A DNA stretch of 64,000 nucleotides from Camelus dromedarius (taxonomy: Eukaryota): assembly GCF_036321535.1 (NCBI RefSeq), contig NC_087436.1, positions 82,772,001-82,836,000 of the forward strand, written 5' to 3'. Shown here piece after piece: positions 1 through 11,473 of this stretch. Position numbers and translations under genes: made by a program. The first letter of the stretch is position 1. Each line of letters opens with the position of its first letter. The notes beneath the pieces are model-generated. The model saw only the letters and a program-made list of their open reading frames with translations, did not search any database and was not told where the DNA came from.

Positions 1-1934
1 TGCTAAAAACAGGGCAAGACTTTGAGCACACCCACTGGAGACCCTCTCCTGGAGACCAGTAGGGAATAAATGCTTCTACAAAATGCCTAAGCCTTGACAA
101 ATCTTTAGGAGCCCATATGGTAACGAGGAGATTGCCCAACAAGGGCCCCTCCTCTTTTCCATTCACAACACTGACTCAGGAGGAAAACCGTGTTTATTCA
201 TTTTGTGTATAAATTGAAAAATAGAGAGTTATTTCAGGTAGCCAGAATGTATGGAAATATATACATAATATATGTTTATCTCTAACTGTTTAGGATGATA
301 TAGAGAAATGTGTCACCGAATACTGTTAAGAATAGATTGGGGAACAAGATCCCGGAGGAAAAAAAGTATTCCTACAATCTGAGGTTTTAAAGATGTGTAT
401 TAGAACAAGTGGACCTAGAGCACAAGTACAGAGAAGGTGGCTGGGAGGTTCCAGAAATCGACAGGAAAACAAAACAAGACAAAACAAAAACACAAACCCT
501 TACTCTTGGATGAGGGTCCCATAGCTGGGCTGACGGTGTAGGATCTCAGTGAGCTAGTATTTTATATGATTGTTCGCAATCAAGTGAACGGTAAGACATG
601 AAAAAGCCAGCACAAAACGAAACACGTTTCGTGGGCTCTTTTCCTCTAAAAATCTCTTTGAGGAGCAACTCAGTGTGTGAGCCTGGCCCAGGAAAGCAGG
701 CCGGTGCACCATCGGTGGCGACGCCTGCTCTTGAACCATGAACCAAGAACCAGAAGAAAGTTCAAGGATCCTTTTCCTGCTCTTCTCTGTTGCTTCCTAG
801 TTATGTGTTATCTTGTTCTGTTTTCCAAATAAATGGAAACAGTGTGAGGACAAATAACCTTTTTTTTACAGAACCCTGGTCTTTATCTTTGGTTATTGGT
901 TCCTAAGAAAAGGTTATTCTACAAAAACATTTAGGAAACTTATGTTGAGTTTTTGTAGCTTAAGCTCAACCGAGGGGGCAAGTTTTAAGAGGAGAGAGGT
1001 AGCACCTCTACTTCACAGGACTTTAGCAAATGATCATTCTCTGTTTTTTTTCTCCACCGTTTCTTCTTCACAAACGTTCAGCCAGAATAGTCTCTTTTTT
1101 TTTCTTTTTTTTTTTTTCACTTTAGTCAATTGTAGGTTCTAAATTTAAGGTTCAAATTGCATTTTTATTTTTTGAGCTTTGAATTCATTTTAGCTTTGGG
1201 AGCATATATATTTAGCTACTGCCAGTTTATTCCTTGGGAGGACTGCTTGCTAGGTCAATTTTTCTCTTAATATTCTATGAATTTTCTCTCACAGAACACA
1301 GTTTCACCTAGATAGAATTAAATGCTTTCCCATCACTTAAATGAAGGAGAAATCTCTTACACAGTAACATTCTTTGGAAAGAAGGAAAAACAAAGAAAAA
1401 GCACATTTGAGAAATATCTGAAACTATACAGTAGTAATGAAAAGAACCCCAATATTTTCTAAGGCTGCCCCACATACGAGGCACATGCCAAATGCTTACT
1501 CCTACTTGGATCATTCAAAAGTATAAAGTTAATACTAGGGAACAGTGAAAAACTGTAAAACACTGCAAAATTTCTAATGGTTATAGAAATTCCTGAATAA
1601 CTCATTGCTTTATTGCTTTAATAGAATATTAGAACGAGCATTCTGTGGTATTCACATCCATCTGCTGCTTATATAGCCGTATGTTTCTGTTCAGTCTTAC
1701 AGTTGACTGACCACCGCTGCTTGTCCTCGCCTTTCCTTTACTTCCACTTCCTTGTTAGCCTTTTTCAATGTCAGCCAAATCCTTTACGTTTTGCTGAAAT
1801 TCTGATCATCAATTTTTGTGATGTCTGGAGAAATCACCTATTGTATTCTCTTAAGCTTCAACTCTGCTATTTCTTTCTTTACTTCATTGCTTTTTTTCCC
1901 CCTCATCAAATGAGTTGTAAAAGAAGACATGGTA

Positions 1935-2252
1935 ATGATACGAATGAACTTATTTACAAAACAGAAATGGACTCCCAGACATAGAAAACAAACTTATGGT
2001 TCCCAAAGGGGGAAAGGGGGTGAGAGATAAATTGGGAGTTTGGAATTAGCGGATACACACTACTAGGTATAAAATAGATAAACAAGGACCTACTGTATAG
2101 CACAGGGAGCTCTATTCAATATCTTTAATAACCTTTAATGGAGAAGAATCTGCAAAAGAATATATATACATCTATGTGTATATAAAACTAAATCACTTTG
2201 CTGTACACCTGAAACTAACACAACATTGTAAATCAACTATACTTCAACAAAA
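1935..2252 (+). mobile_element. 5'-truncated LINE-1 3'UTR (cetartiodactyl-type)
   Basis: Diagnostic motifs (ctgtatagcacaggga...gctgtacacctgaaactaacacaacattgtaaatcaactatacttcaa) plus A-tail; near-perfect TSD aagacatggta (1924-1934) / aaggcatggta (2253-2263). Confidence 0.9.
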
Positions 2253-2416
2253 AAGGCATGGTAGGAAAATAAAGAAAGGAGATACAAAAAGATGTCATCT
2301 TAATACCACATTATTATTTAATGATGGGAAGAATGGATGGGATGGGTAATTATTATGTATTTATTATTTAATTTAGAATTAGGAACTGGGCTAAATGTAA
2401 ACATCTGTTAATTTAA

Positions 2417-2775
2417 GATTCATAGACATAGAATACAAACTTGTGGTTGCCAAGGGGGCGGGGGGTGGGAAGGGACAGACTGGGATTTCAAAATTAGTAG
2501 ATACTGACAGGAATATGCAATATAGATAAACAAGATAATACTGTATAGCACAGGGAAATATATACAAGATCTTGTGGTAGCTCACAGCGAAAAAAAAATG
2601 TGACAATGAATATATGTGTGTTCATGTATAACTGAGAAATTGTGCTCTACACTGGAATTTGACACATCATAAAATGACTATAACTCAATTTAAAAATGTT
2701 TAAAAAATACAATAAAACTATAGTAACTAAAAAATGAAAAATAAAAAATAAAGACATTGCTTTTATTAAAAAGAA
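2417..2775 (+). mobile_element. 5'-truncated camelid-type LINE-1 3'UTR
   Basis: catagacatagaatacaaacttgtggttgccaagggg...tgtgctctacactggaatttgacac...aaatgactataactcaat; perfect 14-bp TSD atctgttaatttaa (2403-2416, 2776-2789). Confidence 0.9.
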
Positions 2776-2807
2776 ATCTGTTAATTTAATGTTTATGCGG
2801 GCTTTCT

Positions 2808-3190
2808 GAGACAGTATAGTGAAGTGGTTTTCATACCGCATGTCAGAGTCAGATTGCCTAATTATAAATTTTGGCTTTTTATACTAGCTAGATATAAGAC
2901 CTTAAGCAGGTCACTTAACTGCTTTATGTCTCATCACTAAATTCAGGGTGATAATAACAGTACCTACAATATAGAGTTTTTGTAAACATTAATAAGTCAA
3001 TGTACCACACTTAGAATAATACTTGGATTATAGTCATTGCTCAATGAAAGCTTAGCTTATTATTGTGCTCCCATTTTCAAATGGAGAAATTGAGGCTCGT
3101 AGAAGCTCAATTTAGATGCATAAGCGACTGACCACAGCAAACAAGAAGCAGAGTCAGTATTTTAACCCAGGTCTATTGATTCCAGAGCTA
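2808..3190. mobile_element. Two MIR SINEs, tail to tail (+ 2808-3065, - 3065-3190)
   Basis: MIR core motifs gcaggtcacttaac...ataataacagtacctac on +, and cccattttcaaatggagaaattgaggctc on -. Confidence 0.75.
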
Positions 3191-3515
3191 CCAGAGTTAA
3201 ATGTCACCATGGTCAATGACAATGTTCAAATACTCTAAAATCCATGGTTGAATGGTTGTGAATCAGCAGTGGCGCCAGCCCAACAGCTAAAATTCTAATC
3301 CTGGCAAGTGTTTTTTTAAGAACCAGCCCCAGACACTCAGAAGAGGATCTGCAGAATTTAAATAAAGCAAAAAAAAAAAAAAAAATAGGGATTCAGCCTG
3401 GACTAGAAAAGAAACCATTCTCTCAGCTAAAGCTGTCCAAAGGCTGTTTTGTTTGTTTTAGTTTGGCTTTTGTCTGCTTTGAAAGTTAAGAGACATTGGG
3501 AGTTTACATTTAAAT

Positions 3516-3525
3516 CTATTTATAG
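3516..3525. promoter_or_regulatory. MEF2 consensus site CTATTTATAG
   Basis: Exact match to YTA(W)4TAR in non-repeat sequence ~1.5 kb upstream of MEPE exon 1; motif match only. Confidence 0.4.
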
Positions 3526-3779
3526 TCTCTTAAAATTGTGTTTCACTGTAGGTAGTTCTTATCTCTTGGTATGGGTAAAATAATTCTTACATCATCTTTT
3601 CTTGATGTTCCACGTAAAGTTCTAATGTAAGTCACCCCTCCAGGTAGTATAATATCTTAGCTGAATGGAACCTCCTGACCCAGTGCAGTCATGATTTTGG
3701 CAGCCAGACAGGGCGAAACAACTGGCCTAGAGAAGCTTATTCCAATATGGGTGTGCTATTCGTTTCATTGAGAGCATCA

Positions 3780-4672
3780 ACATCCTAAACTGACAGTTTT
3801 ATAACATTCACTACAAACCCAAATGCTCAGTATTTCCCCCGAACCACCTCTGCAGTTTCCCCCATGACAATACCAAAGGGCGACTTTGTTCTTCCAGTTG
3901 CTCAAGCTGAAAATGTTGGTGCCATCCTCGATTCTTGATTTTCTCTCACAGCCACACTGGTGCATCAGCCAATCCTATTGGCTTTGCTTTCAAAATACAT
4001 TCAGAACATGACCACTTCTCACCATCCCTTCTGGTTCCAGTCCTAATCATCTCTTCATCCAATTAACCTTAAGAGCTTCCTAGCCCATCTCTGCCTTTTC
4101 CTGCTCAGCCCCTTCTTCAGTTCCCCCTTTGCCCAAGACTTTCAAAGGCTTCCTTCTCACTCGGGGTGAAATCAGGAGGCTTGTGAAGACCCATGGGCAC
4201 TACACCATCTGCCATCACGTGGCTTTTTTACCTCATTTCCTACCATTCCCCTTCCTCAGGCCATCCAGCCAAACTGACCTCTTCTCCACTTCTGGAACAA
4301 GCCAGCAGACTCTTGTCCCCAGGCATTCTCTCTTTCTCTTCCCTCTCCCTACAATGCTTTTCCCCTAGAAAGTCATATGTCTACAGGGCTTTACTCAAAA
4401 GTCACGCTCTCAACAAGGCCTTCCTGGGACTCCCTGTCCAAAATTTCAACCCAGTGTCCCCATGCCCAGTCCTCCTTATTGTCCCCTCCCTGCAATACGT
4501 TTTCTTCTTAGTCTGTGCCGCTTATTTAATTTGTTTATTGTCTGTCTCCCCACCACATTATAAGCTCTATAAAGACGGATTTTTTTTTCCTGTCAGTTTT
4601 GTTCACTGCTGTTTCCCTAATGCCTGTCACATAATAGGCACTCAACACATTTTTGTTAAATGTGGCTGAATT
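3780..4672 (+). mobile_element. LINE-2 relic including 3' end
   Basis: Pyrimidine-rich L2 body (ctttcaaaatacattcagaac...ccacttctcacc) ending in cacataataggcactcaacacatttttgttaaatg. Confidence 0.8.
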
Positions 4673-4729
4673 TCATCCTGGCAGAATTGAAATGATAAAC
4701 TTTCTACACGAAAGACTAGCTGAAGTGTT

Positions 4730-5030
4730 TTCTATTTATAAACTTGAGAGTTACTCAGCCAGTCTTAATTAATAGTTCTGAAATCAATTTTAATTATTTG
4801 ACAACATGATCCACCAAGCTGAGGTATTTATATTTTCTGTTTATCCCACTTTCTGGAACATTTGATAGCAGCTTGCCACCACAAAAACATTTTTAGATTA
4901 AAATTACTTTGCCCCCTATGGTTATCTGTGGGCACTGGTAACAAATTGTTTGCTAGTGCTAAGTGAGCCAATGCTGATTGGCCATTGGGAACTCTAAGAA
5001 ACTTTAAATTTCAGCAAAATGCCCAGAGAG
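4730..5030 (+). promoter_or_regulatory. MEPE: MEPE proximal promoter
   Basis: MEF2 site CTATTTATAA 4732-4741, homeodomain TTAATTAA 4765-4772, RUNX core ACCACA 4878-4883, three CCAAT/ATTGG boxes (4968, 4977, 4984), TATA-like TTTAAA 5003-5008, directly upstream of exon 1. Confidence 0.7.
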
Positions 5031-5079
5031 TGCCAATCCTGCAAAAGAAGCCAGGTATTCCGAAGGTCAAAGATCCCAG
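5030..5079 (+). other. MEPE: MEPE exon 1 (non-coding 5'UTR; TSS approximate)
   Basis: gaagccaggtattccgaaggtcaaagatcccag resembles the mammalian MEPE 5'UTR as I recall it; donor AG|GTAATT at 5080. Confidence 0.8.
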
Positions 5080-5629
5080 GTAATTTGGCTCTCTTGATGT
5101 TCTTGATAGCAAACAGCTTTATAACATAGTTTACATTTTTAAGATGCATGCCATCCAGGTAGGGCGATCGCTTTTGAAAATAAATTCAGATTGGAAGTAT
5201 TATCTACTGAGCATAACTGTGTAATATTTCGTGTTTTGTTTTATTAGAAGAGAATGTGTTACCAAGCTCTAGAAATGCTCAACTAAAATTGGTGGCTTGC
5301 TAGCAGCTTTCTCTTTGATTTGACCAACAACATTATCAAGATCTGAGTGGTAGTTAACAAATTACTTAATATCAAAACCAAGAGATTAGTGATCCAAGAT
5401 TATGTTGGCTTTTTTTTTAAATCTAATGGCTACTTGACTTAAATGACCTCACTAGCTCTTAGTGTATTTAGCAAACATGTACCTTTATAAACATGTATCT
5501 TTATCCATAACTAAATGTTAGTGTTTTAAATATCATTTTGTTGAGCCCAATACAATAATATGATTTGCCTTTAAATCAGCTACATGCAGATTTTTCTGTA
5601 ATAAGGTTAAAGAAGAGAAACTGATTCAA

Positions 5630-5875
5630 GGTGGCATGGAGTCTGTCTCTAGAGCTGCATTGTCTGGATACTAATCTTGGTTCTGCCCCTTAACACGTGG
5701 GAATTCTGGGACAGGTTATTTGATTTTCTGTGTCTGTGTCCTGATCTATAATACAGCAATAGTAGTGCCCCCTAACTTCATAGGGTTATTGTAAGGCTCA
5801 ATGAACTGAATACATGTCCAATTTTTAGAACAGTGCCTGGCTCACTGTAATTTTCAGTAAATGTTAGCTGTTAAT
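5630..5875 (+). mobile_element. MIR SINE
   Basis: cttcatagggttattgtaagg...tttagaacagtgcctggctcac...aaatgttagctgtt. Confidence 0.8.
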
Positions 5876-6310
5876 ATAAGTATTCCATGAATTGATTCGG
5901 TCCACAGGCCACAGGTAGTTCCTACCTCTTGTACACTGTTAATGAAAAGGAGCATATATGTTGGGGCCCCAGGATGGTATCGGACAAGATACCATTCCTC
6001 GAAGTAGAGCCTGCTACTCTGGCTGGTTCTTTTAAAGAATCTGTTACTAGTTCCTATACTAACTTAATATTATTCTGAATTATATAAATAATTCAATTAA
6101 ACAATCTCTCTCTGAAGACACAAGGGAAAAGTAGGGGCTTATAACAGAGCCAAAAAATATGTCTATAAAATCCATTTCTATCAACTGATGTCATTGTTTT
6201 AATAATACTGGACAATTTCATTTTCATTGGAATTATTAGACATACAAAGGCTCTTAAAGTTTCTATACTTGGATATAAATTATACATAGTTTTTTTTTTA
6301 AACAAAAGGA

Positions 6311-6361
6311 ATGATTATAAATCAATAAAAAAAAAGTTAAAAAAATAAATAAATAAATAAA
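6311..6361 (+). mobile_element. Extremely 5'-truncated L1 (terminal ~25 nt plus tail)
   Basis: atgattataaatcaataaaa matches the terminus of the L1 at ~2673-2695; TSD aaacaaaagga at 6300-6310 and 6362-6372. Confidence 0.7.
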
Positions 6362-6498
6362 AAACAAAAGGAGATGGACTGCTAAGGGAAAGGATGCTTG
6401 TATAGAATTTTGTGTTTTATTTATTCTTATGGCTGCAGCTCATATTTGGCAATGCTTTAGGGTGAAATGTCACTGTCTTTTTACAGAGATTCTCAAAG

Positions 6499-6552
6499 AT
6501 GCGAATTGTCTGTTTGGGACTGCTCCTTTTCAGTCTGACCCGGGCAGCACCA
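6499..6552 (+). CDS. MEPE: MEPE exon 2 coding part: signal peptide MRIVCLGLLLFSLTRAAP (exon 6487-6552)
   Basis: Acceptor ttttacag|, ATG 6499, hydrophobic signal peptide homologous to human MRVFCVGLLLFSVTWAAP, phase-0 donor |GTAAGC (typical SIBLING exon 2). Confidence 0.97.
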
Positions 6553-7982
6553 GTAAGCATTTACAAATTCAGTTATGCATCATATAATCTTTGGCTATCT
6601 TTATCTATTTTTCTTTTAAGCAATATCTTTTTAAATTCATAGCACTTACCTAGTTCAGTTTCAATAAAGTACAAAACTAAGGGGGAGCATCCAACACTTG
6701 AGATGAAATGTCTGTCACCAAGGAGGCCCTCAACAAACATGTGACAAGGAGTACAAGATGTCCGCACGTTGACCTCGAAAGAAACAGTAGAAAGACTATT
6801 TCTGAGAAAACAACAGTGTTTCAGTCAGTTAATGCTAATGAGTAAATGCTAAGATACCCAAATTACAACATGTCAAAAGAACCTTTCAATAGTTTACTTA
6901 AAACTGAAAGTACTGGACTTGAATTTTCTATAGCTAAGCAACTAGATTTTATAGCCACATGAGAACATAAAGGGACACGAACTTCTCTGTAATTCTTGCA
7001 ACACTCCCAGCACTGTGCGATCCCGCTAGTGATCTTCTCTTCATCCACGAAGCTAAGGATGAGAAGATGTCCCCCTAAGCTTAGCTCAAATCAAGCTCCA
7101 ATTTCCGTTTGTGTCTTTTCTTCCCTCTGACTCACCCAGATGAGTACTCAGGATGTGACTAACTTATCTTGTGAAAGTGCTGAATGTTACAGATATTTTC
7201 TGCAAAGGAGACACAGTGCTAATTAGATAATGTCTGGAAAACATCCTAACTTCTCAGAGTAACCTTTCCAGCTGGAGAGCCGTGGGCACACGTGGTGATG
7301 CTGTTGTCAGAATAACTTACAGACAGGTCTTAAGTGAGTGGGTAACCAGCTGGGGAGCCTGCTGACAAGCATGAACCAGGCCAACCAGTGAGGACAGCTG
7401 GAGTTAGGAAAGTGTGTCCCCTCTCAGCACGGCTTAAAACAGACATCTACCGCTGCACAGATCCCAAAGCACAGAGCTGGCCTGGCTCACTCAGGGCCAC
7501 AGAGGCATGTGCTTAGGCAGGATGAGGATGGAGTGGTCCTGCTGACCTAGCTCAATCCCACCATCTGAGGATGAGTCTATTTTGAGCCACATGTCCCAAA
7601 GAATAGCTGGAGTGGCATTCTCCGACCATTTCCAGTAAACGTGCTATGTCAACATCAATCCGGTGACCACTGGTCAAGAGAGGGTGCCAGCCTTCTTCCC
7701 CCGAGGGAAACAATACAGTCTCCATTTCAGGGCCACGTTCACGGGCGGGAGAACCGCCAAGTGGTTGGGAGCAGGGGGCGGCGCGCAGATTTCAGATGAA
7801 GAAGATTTGGCAAGGACACAGAGACGAATTTGGAATTATGAATGGCTAAATATGTTTTCTTCCAGATATAGATTCTATTTGAGCAATTATCTGTATTATT
7901 TAATAGTAGATTGGTGGTATCAGAAATGATCGATATACTGAGTCACTTACCTATGTTCTGGAATTATAATCCAAATTCAAAC

Positions 7983-8177
7983 GGTAGGAGAGGAAGAAGT
8001 TTTCCTCAACCCTCTTTGGGTCCCTAGCTGGGTTTGAAAATTAACTAACAAAGACATTAATAGGAGAAGAGCATACAAATTTTATTACAAATTTTACCTA
8101 CTTCTCAACTGCCTTCAGCTCAAAATAATTTTTATGTCAAAAAGGTCTATTTGAAGGTGACATCGTGGTTTCCTTCA
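7983..8177 (-). mobile_element. Short (internally deleted) MER34/MER39-like ERV1 LTR
   Basis: Reverse strand reads tgaaggaaacc...attattttgagctgaaggcagttgagaa...aataaaatttgtatgc...cttcttcctctcctac. Confidence 0.7.
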
Positions 8178-9798
8178 AAAACAAAATTTTAAGTGGAAGA
8201 AAATAAAAGATGATCGTTGGGCCATGAAATTCAATTAATATTCATCAATATGCAATTAGACTATAAAGACTTTGTTGTAAGTTACTTTGTTGTAAGTTCA
8301 TGATTTATTATCGTGAACTACAGTAAAGTACTCTGTACCATCAGGTATGTTCTTAATACACTTTGTGTGTGTGTTCTGTAAGAAGACACTGAATACCTCA
8401 AACTGGCATTTCTTTTTTTTTTTTTTTTTTGCTTAGTATCTACCCATCTCAATTTTACGTTTTCTCTTTCCTGTAGCCCCATTTCCAGAACTATTTTAAC
8501 TGTTTTGATATTTTTGAGGAATGATGCAATGATCTAAATTTATATGCGCAAGATCATGTAAGAACTAACATAAGCAGAGAGACAGTAAAGGAGAGAATTA
8601 TAAAATGCGCCCTTAGGGAAAAAATGTTGTAAAATTGGAAAAAAGCAAAGTCATATTCTTGGTTTTGATGTTAGGAAAAATTCTGGATTTTTTTTATAGT
8701 GGAAGTAATGGAAAGCTTAATGGTTTATAGTTCATTTCATATCTCACATTCTATAAAACACAATCTTTCAAAACATCTTTTGTCAAAGAGACCTGTTACA
8801 AAGCAAAAGCAAAGAAATAAATGAAAAGCTGTAAGTGAAGACTTGAAATGTATCACACAAAACTATGTTTAAATATTTGTATATTTATAAAATTTACCGC
8901 TGATTAAAATTTCTGGAACCAGTGTTTCATTCTTAAACAAAACAAACAAAAACAGGTTTACTATCATCAAATAGATTTAATCAGTGGATTTAAATAGTGC
9001 TTGGCATTGAACCTAATGATTACACCTTTGTTATACTTATGTGTTTAGCACATTTGCACTGGAATGTTTATTAAACACAGTAAATAATTTGCAACAAAAA
9101 ATATGCCTTGAAGGTACTTAATGTAAACTTCAGGAGCATTTCCTCTCATTATTAAATTTTTTTTCATATAGCAGGGCATTTAAAAATGTATTCTTTTAAT
9201 CTGGGACTTTGAGGCAGAGGATTTAGGTTAAAATATCTCCTTTACTTCTATTAAAGCTACTGCCAGCCGTATAAGTATAGGTAACTTTTTTTCTGAATAC
9301 AAAAAAAATTTTTTTCTTTTCTTTTTTCAGTTTTATTAGGTAGAATTGTTACAATTTGACTGCACATATACAATATATTGCTTGTAAATATATATGCACA
9401 ATATACTGCACATATTTTTTAAGTTTACATCTATGTGCTGTTCATTGTTTCTAAGAACATTGAGAACTTTAGCTTTTTAAACTTACATAGTTATCAAAGG
9501 AATAAAGCCAACCACAAAATAAGAATTCAGAAAGATACTTAAGTGTAGGTAGTTTTGCTTCTTCCACTGCCCATCTCACAGGGGTTATTGCGGGAATCAC
9601 ATGAGACTATGTATACGAAAGCAGTTTACAAACTGTAATGTGCTTTATAAATATAAGGTGTTCTTGACAAGCTATTTTTGTTTCTAGAATTGAATGGAAT
9701 GTTAGGCAAATCTGCCTGGAAGCCCAGCCAAAAGGGTGCTTTTATTAAAGTTTTGAGTTTATTTCTAAGACGATTTTTTTTATCAGTCAGGAAAACAA

Positions 9799-9910
9799 GG
9801 GGGGAGGGTATAGCTCAGTGGTAGAGTGCATTCTTAGTATGCACGAGGTCCTGGGTTCAATCCCCAGTACCTCTGGTTAAAAAAAATAAAACAAAAAACA
9901 AACAAAAAAC
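9799..9910 (+). mobile_element. tRNA-derived SINE, camelid vic-1 type
   Basis: ggggagggtatagctcagtggtagagtgc...ggtcctgggttcaatccccagtacctc; Pol III A box 9811-9821, B box 9854-9863, A-rich tail. Confidence 0.85.
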
Positions 9911-11419
9911 CCAAAATCCATGATAGGAAGTTTAGCAGAGGGATTTGACTTGGAGAATAGTTGTAAAGCACAGGACAAACAGAAAGAACAAATCAGGGGT
10001 GGTGAAGCAACCCAGATATTTAAACTGCTCCCACCCCTTGGGTGATGGGAACAAAGAAGGAGGTGATGTTCTCAGTACCCTGGGTGGGGGGAGGGGCCCC
10101 GCAGGAGGTGGGACCACAGAGGAGATGCATCTGGTTCTAGAGATGCAGCCCCCAATCGAGAGAGCAGGGAAGGACAAACCTGGGCTTCTCTCTCCTTCCA
10201 CGCTCCAGTCTCAGGCCACGCCTCCCACGCCAAACCCAGACTGAAGCCAGATAGCCAGGGAGCTTGGGGAACGTGTTTTGTAGGGGTCATCCAGCCCAGG
10301 GAGCCCAGTATCTGAAAGCAAGCAGGCTAATTACCAACACCTTATTGCAAGGAAATGCAGAACTTAAAGGTTTCCTCAAGCTGAATACCTCCCCTCCAGG
10401 TTGACAGAGCCCTTTTATTTCATCTTTCCCTTGAGGAAGTCTCTTTCCCGTCTTACCAGTTCCGCCAGGCTGCCTGATCTGCTTGAGCACAGGCATTCAG
10501 ACTCAGCCAGTGCCGCCCATTGGTTCCTCTTGTCAAATTTGAGATAACCTAGGAGTTTCAAAAATAAATAAGGAAATAAAAATACTGAGAAGAAAGGGCT
10601 GTCATGTCTACTCCTGCCGTGGCAGTCTTGCCCCAGGGTCTGCAGGTCCTCTTCTGTGCATGCTCTCCTGTGATACCTCAGTTTTATCCCCGAAGCCTGG
10701 GACAAAGCTGTGCCTATTCACTTTTAGTTTCTGGTCTTTCTCCACCTCAATGGCTGACTCTCATCGCCAGCCACTTACCCTCAAGATACTCTGACACTTT
10801 CTTGTCTAATCAAGAGAAAGAGTTTGTCCCAATCTGCAAGCCACCCCATTTTCCCTTTCCCTGAAAGACACACTGCCCAGGTGACTAGCAGCAATAAAGT
10901 CCCATCCTTAGGTGTGTTCTTTCCCTTAGGTTCAGGGCTACGCTGTTACTCTTGCTGGACTACCAGCAGCATCATACCTTTACTCATATAGTAGTTACTG
11001 GGTTTCCACAATCAATGCACATACAATCCCCATCACCAAACTCTGATTTTGGTTCACTGATACTAACAACACCCAGTGTACCAGGGAAAACTTCGTCTTC
11101 AACAGATACCAGTGACATCCAAGCGTTTGCACATGGCGCGCCACCCCTCCCAACCCCTGCACCTGAATGTGGTTCTGTAGTGGAGACGGCATTGTCTCCC
11201 TCTGTGGGTGTGTTTAGGGGGGTAGGGAGACGCAGGCATCCTCCTTCCATACTGAAACAAACATGGGGAGTGTGTCCATCTTCGTTTGGTCAGAATGATG
11301 TTCCACATGGAATAATACAGCCCAGTGAGAAAAAAATAAATAAATGAAACATTTATTGTTTGAAGAAATGAATGAAAGAAGAAATGTCGGGTAAAGTTTT
11401 ATTTCTTGTTTCCTTTCAG

Positions 11420-11473
11420 ACATTTCAACCACAGGGGGAGAAAACTAAGCAAGACTGTGTGGAAGAACAGAGG
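11420..11473 (+). CDS. MEPE: MEPE exon 3 (TFQPQGEKTKQDCVEEQR)
   Basis: Acceptor ttcctttcag|, 54 nt, phase 0/0, donor AGG|GTAAAC; homologous to human TFQPQTEKTKQSCVEEQR. Confidence 0.96.

Noticed and set aside
617..632. Hairpin acgaaac-ac-gtttcgt
   Set aside because: A 7-bp stem is expected by chance in 64 kb
3552..3626. Possible upstream alternative 5'UTR exon (tgtag|...|GTAAGT)
   Set aside because: Splice-like signals only; no homology or transcript support that I can verify
4193..4669. 158-aa ORF
   Set aside because: Lies wholly in an L2 relic; no recognisable protein
9799..9875. tRNA gene
   Set aside because: Degenerate anticodon arm, A-rich tail and no T-run terminator; fits a tRNA-derived SINE
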